From Myxococcota bacterium (GTDB lineage Bacteria; Myxococcota_A; UBA9042; DTJE01), in assembly GCA_017994695.1 (NCBI GenBank), contig JAGOKF010000004.1:10218-74217 (forward strand): a stretch of 64,000 bases of DNA. The letters run 5' to 3'. The notes beneath the pieces are model-generated. The model was not told where the DNA came from, made no database searches, and saw nothing but the letters and a program-made list of their open reading frames with translations. Of this stretch, positions 45,182 to 52,473 are shown piece by piece; positions within the stretch are counted from its first letter, which is position 1; each line of letters starts with the position of its first letter. The translations under genes were made by a program, and so were the position numbers.

Positions 45182-46404
45182 GACTCCGCCTTCTGGCAGG
45201 CTCGCCGGAGGAGGTCCTCCAGCTGGTCCACGTACCGGGTCATCGTGAACCCCTCCTCGACCGATCGGCGCCCCTCGGCCGCCAGGCGCCTCCGGAGAGA
45301 GTCGTCCCGGACCAGGAGATCCAGCGCATCCGCCAGGGCCTCGGGATCGGCCTTGGGAACCACCCAGGCATTCCGGCCGTGGTGCAGGAACTCCCCGTGC
45401 CCTCCCTCGGCGGTGCTGATCACGGGGGTTCCGCTGGCCATCGCCTCCAGGTGGGTCAGCCCGAAGGGCTCCCGCCAGACCGACGGGAAGACGAAGAGGT
45501 CGTGGCCCCGGTAGATCTCCGGCAGTTCCCCCGGGGGTCGCCTTCCGGCCAGCGTCACACCGGGCACCCCGGCGGCCTGGCGCCGCAGGGTTTCCCGGAA
45601 GGGCTCGGGACCGTCCCCGACAACCGTGACCTGGACCGGGCGGCCCCGGCGGTGCAGCCGGAGGGCCGCCTCGACCAGCACGTCCACCCCCTTGTCCGGG
45701 TGGATCTGTCCCGTGTAGAGGACCCGGGGCGGATGGCCGGTCATCCCCCCGGGGTCCTCCTTGCAGGGGAACCGCTCCAGGGGAATGCCCTGGTAGATGA
45801 CCTCCGCACCGGCCACCGGCACGCCCGCCCGGAGGAGGTCCTCCCGGAGGCACTGGCTGATGCAGGTGCACCAGCGCAGGTCCACCGCCTCCAGCGTGTC
45901 GCGATGGACGAGGGTCTTCTCGAGGGCCCAGCGGACCAGTCCACGGGGCGATGCGCCCGGGGGATGGACCGCGTAGGCCTCAGGCCAGAGGTCGTTGAAG
46001 GTGAAGACGACCGGGAGGCCCTGTTCCTGGCAGGCCCGGACCGCCCCCAGCGTCAGCCGGCGCTGGCTCCAGGCGAAGGCGACGTCGAAGGGCCCCTCCC
46101 GGCGGATCAGGTCGCGGGTCTCCCGGAGGTTGTGGCGGGTGACCTGGTGGCGGCGGATCGGGTCCGATCGATAGGGCTCCCCGAACGGCTGCTCCAGGCA
46201 CAGCGACCGGAAGACCCTCGCCACCGGGGGATCCCCTCCCGAGTCGGGGCCGGACCCGGTGGTGGCGACCGTCACCGAGTGTCCCCGGCGCTCCAGGGCT
46301 TCGGCCACCTGGCCGCAGAGGATTTCGTAGCCGCCCAGGAACAGGGGCGGGAACAGGTTGGTCACCATCAGGATCCGCAACCGGACGTCCCCGGGCCGAT
46401 TCAT
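45178..46404 (-). CDS. GT4-family glycosyltransferase
   Basis: ATG at 46404 overlaps the MFS gene stop (ATGA). N-terminal ILMVTNLFPPLFLGGYE. C-terminal FVFPSVWREPFGLTHLEAMASGTPVI. Confidence 0.8.
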   Translation of the reverse strand: MNRPGDVRLRILMVTNLFPPLFLGGYEILCGQVAEALERRGHSVTVATTGSGPDSGGDPPVARVFRSLCLEQPFGEPYRSDPIRRHQVTRHNLRETRDLIRREGPFDVAFAWSQRRLTLGAVRACQEQGLPVVFTFNDLWPEAYAVHPPGASPRGLVRWALEKTLVHRDTLEAVDLRWCTCISQCLREDLLRAGVPVAGAEVIYQGIPLERFPCKEDPGGMTGHPPRVLYTGQIHPDKGVDVLVEAALRLHRRGRPVQVTVVGDGPEPFRETLRRQAAGVPGVTLAGRRPPGELPEIYRGHDLFVFPSVWREPFGLTHLEAMASGTPVISTAEGGHGEFLHHGRNAWVVPKADPEALADALDLLVRDDSLRRRLAAEGRRSVEEGFTMTRYVDQLEDLLRRACQKAES

Positions 46405-47825
46405 GTCCCTTCCGCCGCGCGGGTCTTGAAATCCCTGCCGATCCAGTTCCGGGCCAGCACCAGCATCACCGGGGAGGAGATGGCGATGAGGCCGTAGAGG
46501 AACCACATGGTTTCCGTGTCGAGCCCTTCCGGGGGCACCCCCTTCGGGCAGTACCGGGCCAGGAACCAGCCACTGTAGAGGGACGTGACCACCTTGGTCA
46601 GGAACCAGGGGAACTGGGCGACCCCCATGTAGGCCCCCGTGCGCCCCTCGGGGGCGATTTCCGCGGCGTACTGGAGGAACCGGGGCTGCCACATCGCCTC
46701 CCCGACGGTCATCAGCACCAGGTAGCCGAAGAGGGTCCCGAAGGAGGGACCGAGGGCCAGCAGGAAGGTCGGCGCGGCCATCACGGCCGTCCCGAGGATC
46801 ATCATGTCGTAGACCTTCCGTTTCTGGGTCACCGCGGTCACGATGGGGACCAGCACGAAGATCAGCAGGGGGTTGAAGTTCACCGCCAGTTCGAAGTTCT
46901 GGCCGATCCAGGTCCCGTGGTAGGCCCGTTCCACGTACATGGGCAGCGTGAGCCAGTTGTGGGCAAAGAGGGTCTGGACCGGAATCAGGCAGAAGATGAA
47001 GAACGAGAACTTCGGGTCCGCCAGGGGGTGGTTCCGGATCCAGCGGACCAGGGAGAAGGGTTCCGCGGGACCCTGGGCGGCCTGGGGAGCCTTCTGGGGT
47101 TCCTCCGAGGCCTCCTTGCCCGATGCAACGCGGGCCGCCGCGATGGCCTCCCGCTCCACCCGGCGGGTCAGCAGCAGCCCCAGGGCGACGATTCCCACCA
47201 GCGTCAGCCCCGTATAGACCCAGTAGGTTCCGGGAATGCCGAGGCCGGCGTACTTCTCGTCCCGGAGCAGGAAGGCGAAGGAAGGGAGCCATCCCCCCAG
47301 GTTCATCAGGGCATAGAGCATCGCGTAGCCCATGCCTGCCGTCTCGGGAGTGGTGAACTGGCGCACGGCCGAGTAGGCCGCCGGCTGGTACATCCCGTAG
47401 CCCAGCACCACCAGCAGGATGCCCCCCATCACCAGCAGGTGGATCGGGGATCCCAGGCCGTCCGGCGCCAGTCCGAGGAACGACGCCGCCGAGATCGCCA
47501 GCCGCCCCAGCAGCATCAGCCCCAGGGCCGCCAGCATCGCCACGCGGACTCCCCACTTGTCCGCGAGTCCCCCGAACAGGAACATGCTGAAGGTGATGCC
47601 CCAGGTCAGGACTCCGACCATGCGCCCGGCCCACACGTCGTCCAGGCCGATGGCCTCGTTGAAGAACATCGCCAGGTAGCCCAGCATGCCGAAATAGACC
47701 AGTCCTTCCAGGAAGTACGACAGGTTGACCCCCCAGAGGGCCCGGGGGGCATGGACCAGGTCCACGAACGGCTGGGTGAGTTCCCGCCACCAGGGTCCCG
47801 CAGGTGCCTTCGCCTCGGTCGCCAT
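46401..47825 (-). CDS. MFS transporter
   Basis: About 12 predicted TM helices with a central hydrophilic loop. Start chosen at MATEAKAP (47825), 1 nt after the MBL stop codon. Confidence 0.7.
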   Translation of the reverse strand: MATEAKAPAGPWWRELTQPFVDLVHAPRALWGVNLSYFLEGLVYFGMLGYLAMFFNEAIGLDDVWAGRMVGVLTWGITFSMFLFGGLADKWGVRVAMLAALGLMLLGRLAISAASFLGLAPDGLGSPIHLLVMGGILLVVLGYGMYQPAAYSAVRQFTTPETAGMGYAMLYALMNLGGWLPSFAFLLRDEKYAGLGIPGTYWVYTGLTLVGIVALGLLLTRRVEREAIAAARVASGKEASEEPQKAPQAAQGPAEPFSLVRWIRNHPLADPKFSFFIFCLIPVQTLFAHNWLTLPMYVERAYHGTWIGQNFELAVNFNPLLIFVLVPIVTAVTQKRKVYDMMILGTAVMAAPTFLLALGPSFGTLFGYLVLMTVGEAMWQPRFLQYAAEIAPEGRTGAYMGVAQFPWFLTKVVTSLYSGWFLARYCPKGVPPEGLDTETMWFLYGLIAISSPVMLVLARNWIGRDFKTRAAEGT

Positions 47826-47826
47826 C

Positions 47827-48786
47827 TCACGCTCCTGTGGAGGAAGAACCGCCGGAATCCCCATCCGGCGACAAGGATACCACCCCCGGGGTTCCGCCGT
47901 GGGAGGGGGAGCCCCGGAGGAAGGAACGCACCAGGGCCAGCCTGGTGAAGTGCCCCTGGGTCAGCAACTCGATCCGGTGCCAGCGACCGAGCAGGGACCG
48001 GGCGATCCGGTCCTCGGGCCAGCCCCGGGCATGGAACTGCAGCACCCGTTCCCCCAGTTGCCGGTAGTAGTCGATCTTCCGGTTCAGGGCCTCGACCGGG
48101 TCCCCGGGAATCCGGGCAGCCCCCGGCAACATCACCTTGGGGCGCAGGGCGGCGATCCGCTCCAGGGAGGCGATCAGCGCCCAGATGTCGGCGTCGCTCC
48201 GGATGCCGATGTCCCTGCCACCGACGTACAGGTCCCCGGTGAAGAGGTACCCCCGATCCTCCTCCAGGAAGCAGAGATGATCCGGGGAATGGCCCGGGGT
48301 GTGGACCACCCGGAAGCGGAAGGGTCCCGCGGTCACCACGTCGCCGTCGGCCAGGTCGGTGCCTCCGGACACCGCGTCGGGCCATCCCCAGACCAGGCGC
48401 CGGTAGATCTGCTCGGGCTGCTCCCTTTTCGGATCGCGGAGCACCCGGAGCGTCTCCCGATGGGCCCCGATGCCCGCTTCCGGGAATGCCCGGCGCAACG
48501 CGCCGACCCCGCCGATGTGGTCCTCGTGGGAATGGGTCAGCAGGACCTGCCGGATGGGTAATGGGCCCAGGGCGGCCACCAGGGCCTTCCCCCGGTGCAC
48601 CGGTCCCGCGTCCACCATCACGTCTCCCAGGCGGTAGCAGGTGGTCCAGTAGCCTCCCAGCAGGCGGCGCCCCCGGGCCGGGAGATCGAACCGGGTCACC
48701 TCCCCGATGTCCTGCCGTCTCACCACGCGTCCCCCGGGGAACGTTCCAGGCGGCCCTATGGTAGTCCGCTCCGCCAGGTCGTGCAT
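47827..48786 (-). CDS. MBL-fold metallo-hydrolase
   Basis: ATG at 48786. THSHEDHIGG (HxHxDH) and HTPGHSPDH. The third-position G/C signal of this frame stops upstream of 48786. Confidence 0.75.
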   Translation of the reverse strand: MHDLAERTTIGPPGTFPGGRVVRRQDIGEVTRFDLPARGRRLLGGYWTTCYRLGDVMVDAGPVHRGKALVAALGPLPIRQVLLTHSHEDHIGGVGALRRAFPEAGIGAHRETLRVLRDPKREQPEQIYRRLVWGWPDAVSGGTDLADGDVVTAGPFRFRVVHTPGHSPDHLCFLEEDRGYLFTGDLYVGGRDIGIRSDADIWALIASLERIAALRPKVMLPGAARIPGDPVEALNRKIDYYRQLGERVLQFHARGWPEDRIARSLLGRWHRIELLTQGHFTRLALVRSFLRGSPSHGGTPGVVSLSPDGDSGGSSSTGA

Positions 48787-49005
48787 CCGCGGCGCGAAGA
48801 CGTACCGCACCGGTGCTTCCCGGCCCTGTTGCCCCGGAAGGACGGGACGTACCGGATCTACAACTACACCTCGCCCCTCGACGGGCCGGACCTTTCCTGG
48901 ATCGAGGGACAGATGGGACCGACGGTGATCGTCTCGACGGACCTCGCCTTCCGGCCCCGGGGGTCCGATCAGGGTCCCGAAGACGGCGCCCCGGCGGTCC
49001 CCTGA
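48781..49005 (+). CDS. candidate small ORF, uncalled (start uncertain: GTG 48781, TTG 48829 or ATG 48913 with GAGGGA SD)
   Basis: In + frame 1, 55 of the 60 codons between 48787 and 48966 end in G/C (hand count), with tac/aac/atc choices and position 1 more GC-rich than position 2. It ends TGA at 49003-49005, overlapping the convergent rSAM 3' end by 37 nt. Confidence 0.3.
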   Translation: MHPRREDVPHRCFPALLPRKDGTYRIYNYTSPLDGPDLSWIEGQMGPTVIVSTDLAFRPRGSDQGPEDGAPAVP

Positions 49006-50555
49006 ACCCCGGCCGTGTCCGTCCCGGGAAGGGGCGGCGATTCCCGGGCCGCGACGTAGCGGTTCCAGAGGTCCTCCCGGCGGGCCAGCAGGGCGTCCAC
49101 ATAGGTTCGGAGCCCCTCGGCCATCATCAGGAACTGGGCCGCCTGGTCCATCGCCACCTCGCCCCGCCGGCCCATCCGGAACAGGTCCAGGAACAGTCCC
49201 CGCTTGTCCCGGTCCCCGCTGAAGAGGTAGGACCGCACCAGGCGGGCCGAGAAGGAGACCCGGGTGCCGAAAGACGGCCGGACCCTCGCGGGCCGCCGGA
49301 ATCCCCCGATGCCGAAGGCCTTGCGGGCCTTGCGGCGCAGGTCGGCCCAGGAATAGGCACCGTCCAGCAGGTCCAGGAAGCGGTCGTAGGTCTCCCGTTC
49401 CGGGATCCGCCCTCCCCGCTTGTTGGGAACCAGGCTGTTCTGGAACGAGGGGGGCAGCGCGATCCGGCGTCCCTCCGCGGTGACCCGCCGCTCCAGGTCC
49501 GTGCCCTCCAGGACCGTCAGCAAGTTCAGCATCAGGTAGGAAAGGCCGGTCCTCTGGGCGAATTCCCGCACCGCGTCGTAGGCCTCGGGTCCGTCGGAGT
49601 CGAAGCCCAGCACGAAGGCCCCGATGCAGTGGATCCCCTCGCGGTGCATCGCCTCGATGGCCCGCTCGTACTCGTCGATCCGGAACTGGGTCTTCCGGGC
49701 CTCGGCCAGCCCCTCCTCGGTCAGGGACTCGAATCCCAGCACCAGGGAACTGCAGCCCGCCTCGGCCATGTCCCGGAGCAGGTCCCGGTCCCGGGTGACC
49801 TCCAGGGAGGCCAGGGCGGACCACTGGACCTCCAGGGGCTTCAGCCCCGCCATCAGCTGCCGGGCATAGTCCTTCCGGGCCGTCAGGTTGTCGTCCACGA
49901 AACTGAGAAACCGGCTGGGAAGCCCCTGGATCTCCTGGAGCACGGCTTCCAGGGGACGGTACCTCGGGCGACGGCCGTAAAGGTGGTGGACCAGGCAGAA
50001 GTCGCAGTGGTGGGGGCATCCCCGGCTGACCTGGACCCCGAGAGCCATCACCTGCCGGGTGTCCACCAGGTCCCAGCGGGGCGCGGGAATCCGCCCGGGG
50101 TCGGGCACCCCCCGGGCCTGGTACACGGGCTGCAGGCGGTTCCCCTCGGCGTCCGACAGCAGGTCCCCGAAGAGGTCCTCGGCCTCCCCGACGACCACCG
50201 CGTCGCAGTGCCCGAGGACCTCGGCCGTCCGGGTGGAGGCGTAGGGTCCTCCCATCACCACCCGGCTCCCCGCCTCCCGGAAGGTCCCGGCCAGGGAATA
50301 TCCCCGCTCGACGTTGGTGCTCAGGGTGGTGATGGCCACCAGGTCGAAGGGCTCCCGGACCGGGACCTCGTCCATCTCCTCGTCCACGATCCGGACGTCC
50401 CAGGACGGGGGAACCAGGGCGGCGAGTACCGGCAGGGCCAGGGGGGTCGTGGCCACCTTCCGCCCCATCAGGCGGCCCATCTCCTTCAGGGCCCACAGGT
50501 TGCGGAACTCGTGCCGGGGGCTGACGAGCAACAGTCTGGGACGCCGCCGCTTCAT
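48969..50555 (-). CDS. B12-binding-domain radical SAM protein with DUF4070-like C-terminal region
   Basis: ATG at 50555 (MKRRRPRLLLVSP). N-terminal Rossmann-like cobalamin-binding domain. CPHHCDFC (CxxxCxxC) cluster motif. About 150-aa C-terminal extension. Confidence 0.85.
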   Translation of the reverse strand: MKRRRPRLLLVSPRHEFRNLWALKEMGRLMGRKVATTPLALPVLAALVPPSWDVRIVDEEMDEVPVREPFDLVAITTLSTNVERGYSLAGTFREAGSRVVMGGPYASTRTAEVLGHCDAVVVGEAEDLFGDLLSDAEGNRLQPVYQARGVPDPGRIPAPRWDLVDTRQVMALGVQVSRGCPHHCDFCLVHHLYGRRPRYRPLEAVLQEIQGLPSRFLSFVDDNLTARKDYARQLMAGLKPLEVQWSALASLEVTRDRDLLRDMAEAGCSSLVLGFESLTEEGLAEARKTQFRIDEYERAIEAMHREGIHCIGAFVLGFDSDGPEAYDAVREFAQRTGLSYLMLNLLTVLEGTDLERRVTAEGRRIALPPSFQNSLVPNKRGGRIPERETYDRFLDLLDGAYSWADLRRKARKAFGIGGFRRPARVRPSFGTRVSFSARLVRSYLFSGDRDKRGLFLDLFRMGRRGEVAMDQAAQFLMMAEGLRTYVDALLARREDLWNRYVAARESPPLPGTDTAGVQGTAGAPSSGP

Positions 50556-50580
50556 CGGAATGGGTCCTGGAAACGACTGG

Positions 50581-50609
50581 AAGGTACCGGGGATCGGCCT
50601 CCCGGTCAA
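50581..50609 (-). promoter_or_regulatory. weak candidate promoter upstream of the radical SAM gene
   Basis: Minus strand reads TTGACC-17 nt-TACCTT in the 98-nt gap between the GAF gene and the rSAM gene. Confidence 0.3.
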
Positions 50610-50653
50610 CGGATCGCCCGGCGGGCGGCCATTCCGGCTGCGGCTGCCGGACT

Positions 50654-51136
50654 TCAGGGCCCGGGGGCCGAGCCCGCGCCTTCCGGATCCTCCCACCGAT
50701 CCGCCAGGATCGACGACAGGACCTCCAGGAACGCCTCGTCGCTGGCATCGAAGGCCGCCGGGCGATGGCCGTCCACGTCGATCTGCCCGAGGATCTCCCC
50801 GTCCCGGCGGACCAGCACGACCAGTTCCGATCGGGTCTTCCAGGAGCAGGCGAGGTAGTCGGCCCGGAGGGAGACGTCCGGAACGACCTGGTTGCGGCCC
50901 TCGGCCACCGCCGTCCCGCAGACCCCGGTCCCCACCGGGATTTCCCGGTGTTCCGTCGGCTCCCCGACGAAGGCGTCCAGCATCAGCAGGTTCCCTTCCA
51001 GTCGATAGACCCCGACCCAGTCCCATCCGGGAAGACGCGCCAGGACCTCCATCACCTGCTGCCGGAAGAGCCGGCCTCGGCCAGGGATCCCTTCCACCTG
51101 CCGGGCGACGGTCCGTGCCGTGTCCTCGGATATCAC
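50654..51136 (-). CDS. msrC: GAF-domain protein of the free methionine-(R)-sulfoxide reductase (YebR/MsrC) type
   Basis: IPVGTGVCGTAV, DYLACSWKTRSELVV and ILGQIDVDGH align with the E. coli YebR blocks GVCGTA / HIACD..S.SEIV / GVLDIDS. ATGA overlap with the upstream gene. Confidence 0.65.
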   Translation of the reverse strand: MISEDTARTVARQVEGIPGRGRLFRQQVMEVLARLPGWDWVGVYRLEGNLLMLDAFVGEPTEHREIPVGTGVCGTAVAEGRNQVVPDVSLRADYLACSWKTRSELVVLVRRDGEILGQIDVDGHRPAAFDASDEAFLEVLSSILADRWEDPEGAGSAPGP

Positions 51137-52194
51137 GGGATCTCTCCAGGAGGGGGGAGCAGTCGCAGGGCGGCCTCGACGGGCCGGTGATCCGACGCCA
51201 GCACGCGGGGAACGGCCCGCTGGGCGGACCCGGCGAATCCCCGGTGGAACAGGTAGTCGAGGCGCCGGTTCGGGGAGGGGGCCGGGAAGGTCAGGGAGGC
51301 CTCGGCGGGGGCCTCCGGGGCCTCGTCCAGGAAGACCTCCCGGATCCCCGGTACCGCCCGGATGGCCTGGATGGTCCCGTCGGTCGTGAAGTCGGTATCC
51401 GGCTCGTCGGGGAAGTCCTTCCGCCGGGGGGCATCGGCCGGCACCGCGTTGAAGTCCCCGCCGACCACCAGCAGGCGGTCCGGACCGATCGCGGCCAGCC
51501 GATCCGCCAGCACGGCCGCCTGCTGCTCACGGTTCCCCTGCCAGAACGCCTCCAAGTGGACGTTCGCCACGGCCAGGAGCGTCCCGCTCCCCAGGTCCAG
51601 GTCCGCCCATTGGATCGCCCGGTGGAGGGAAAAGATCCGGTACCACCAGGGGGCTTCGGACGCCCGGGGCAGGGGTTCCCGGCGGCAGCCCCGGATCGGG
51701 AAGCGGCTCAGGATCGCCTGTCCGCTCCGGACCCGGCCCAGGTGGCCCGCGGGATTCCAGCCGGGATGAGGCACGTACCGGACGTCCCAGGTATCGACGA
51801 AACAGCCGTGGGGCAGGTCCGAATGTTGAAGCAGCCACTGGAACTGGTCCACCGCGCCGCTCCGCCGGGCCCCCCGGTCCACCTCCTGGAGGAGCACCAG
51901 GTCCGGCTGGACGGCCCGGATTCCCTCGACAACGGCCTGGAGGTTCCGGATCACGTGATCCGCGTCGTAGATCCCCGTGGGCTGCCCTTCCGGTCCGCCG
52001 CCGAAGCCGATGTTCCAGGTGAGGATCTTGATCGCCCGGGGAGGCGCCGGCAGCGTCGCGCCGGGAAGGGATGCCACCTCGGCCCCCTCCCAGCGGTCCA
52101 GGTCCCGCCCCCCGGGCCGGGAGGCAGCCCAGAAGAGGAGGAACCCGGCAATCGCCGGCACCGACAGCACGACGGCCACGACGGCGACCTTCAT
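51133..52194 (-). CDS. endonuclease/exonuclease/phosphatase (EEP) family protein with N-terminal membrane anchor
   Basis: ATG at 52194 preceded by GGAGGG. Anchor MKVAVVAVVLSVPAIAGFLLFW. EEP motifs ILTWNIGFG, LLQEVD, GGDFN, SDHRPV. Confidence 0.7.
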   Translation of the reverse strand: MKVAVVAVVLSVPAIAGFLLFWAASRPGGRDLDRWEGAEVASLPGATLPAPPRAIKILTWNIGFGGGPEGQPTGIYDADHVIRNLQAVVEGIRAVQPDLVLLQEVDRGARRSGAVDQFQWLLQHSDLPHGCFVDTWDVRYVPHPGWNPAGHLGRVRSGQAILSRFPIRGCRREPLPRASEAPWWYRIFSLHRAIQWADLDLGSGTLLAVANVHLEAFWQGNREQQAAVLADRLAAIGPDRLLVVGGDFNAVPADAPRRKDFPDEPDTDFTTDGTIQAIRAVPGIREVFLDEAPEAPAEASLTFPAPSPNRRLDYLFHRGFAGSAQRAVPRVLASDHRPVEAALRLLPPPGEIP

Positions 52195-52207
52195 GGTCCC
52201 TCCGGGC

Positions 52208-52236
52208 AAAAAAAAGCCCCGGTCTTCACCGGGGCT
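52208..52236 (-). terminator. rho-independent terminator directly after tRNA-Val
   Basis: Minus strand reads AGCCCCGG-TGAAGA-CCGGGGCT (8-bp G/C stem, 6-nt loop) followed by eight T. Confidence 0.75.
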
Positions 52237-52241
52237 CCGGG

Positions 52242-52313
52242 TGGGCGATGCAGGATTTGAACCTGCGACTTCATCCGTGTGAAGGATGCACTCTCCCGCT
52301 GAGTTAATCGCCC
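52242..52313 (-). tRNA. tRNA-Val (anticodon CAC)
   Basis: 72-nt cloverleaf folded by hand: acceptor GGGCGAT/ATCGCCC, D-stem ACTC/GAGT, anticodon stem CATCC/GGATG with loop TTCACAC, T-arm GCAGG-TTCAAAT-CCTGC, discriminator A. CCA is not encoded. Confidence 0.85.
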
Positions 52314-52333
52314 ATGGCAACCAAAGCGGGTGC

Positions 52334-52361
52334 AGTTTACCAGAACAGCCCCCCCTGTCAA
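52334..52361 (-). promoter_or_regulatory. candidate strong sigma70-type promoter for tRNA-Val
   Basis: Minus strand reads TTGACA-16 nt-TAAACT. The -10 ends about 20 nt upstream of the mature tRNA 5' end. Confidence 0.55.
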
Positions 52362-52473
52362 GCATCTCCGGCCTGCCGGGGCGGGACCGGAGCGGGATCT
52401 TCCCGGATCGGGGGATGAGGGGGGAAGAGCCCGCCGCTTCCTCGACCAGCATCCCCGGGTTGACTGCCCGGCG

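Noticed and set aside
48787-50748. Upstream part of the 973-aa minus-strand ORF 47827-50748, read as one giant MBL-containing protein
   Set aside because: It overlaps the radical SAM gene in another frame. Over the 24 codons I counted just upstream of 48786, its third-position G/C drops to about half. The MBL gene is called from the ATG at 48786.
43916-52313. tRNA-Val-adjacent gene block, checked as a possible integrated genomic island
   Set aside because: No integrase, no direct repeat of the tRNA 3' end that I could see, no visible compositional shift, and tight operon-like packing. Treated as native chromosome.
52195-52452. N-terminal extension of the EEP ORF (track ORF 51133-52452)
   Set aside because: The extension reads straight through the tRNA-Val gene (translation ...AINSAGECILHTDEVAGSNPAS...) and its terminator. 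The real start is the SD-preceded ATG at 52194.
52366-52473. Elevated third-position G/C (about 32 of 36 codons) just after the stop of the DUF255 gene, in the same frame
   Set aside because: The sample is short and it was one of several frames inspected. The translation (RRAVNPGMLVEEAAGSSPLIPRSG...) is featureless and runs into the tRNA promoter. Treated as chance or a recent C-terminal remnant, not a gene.
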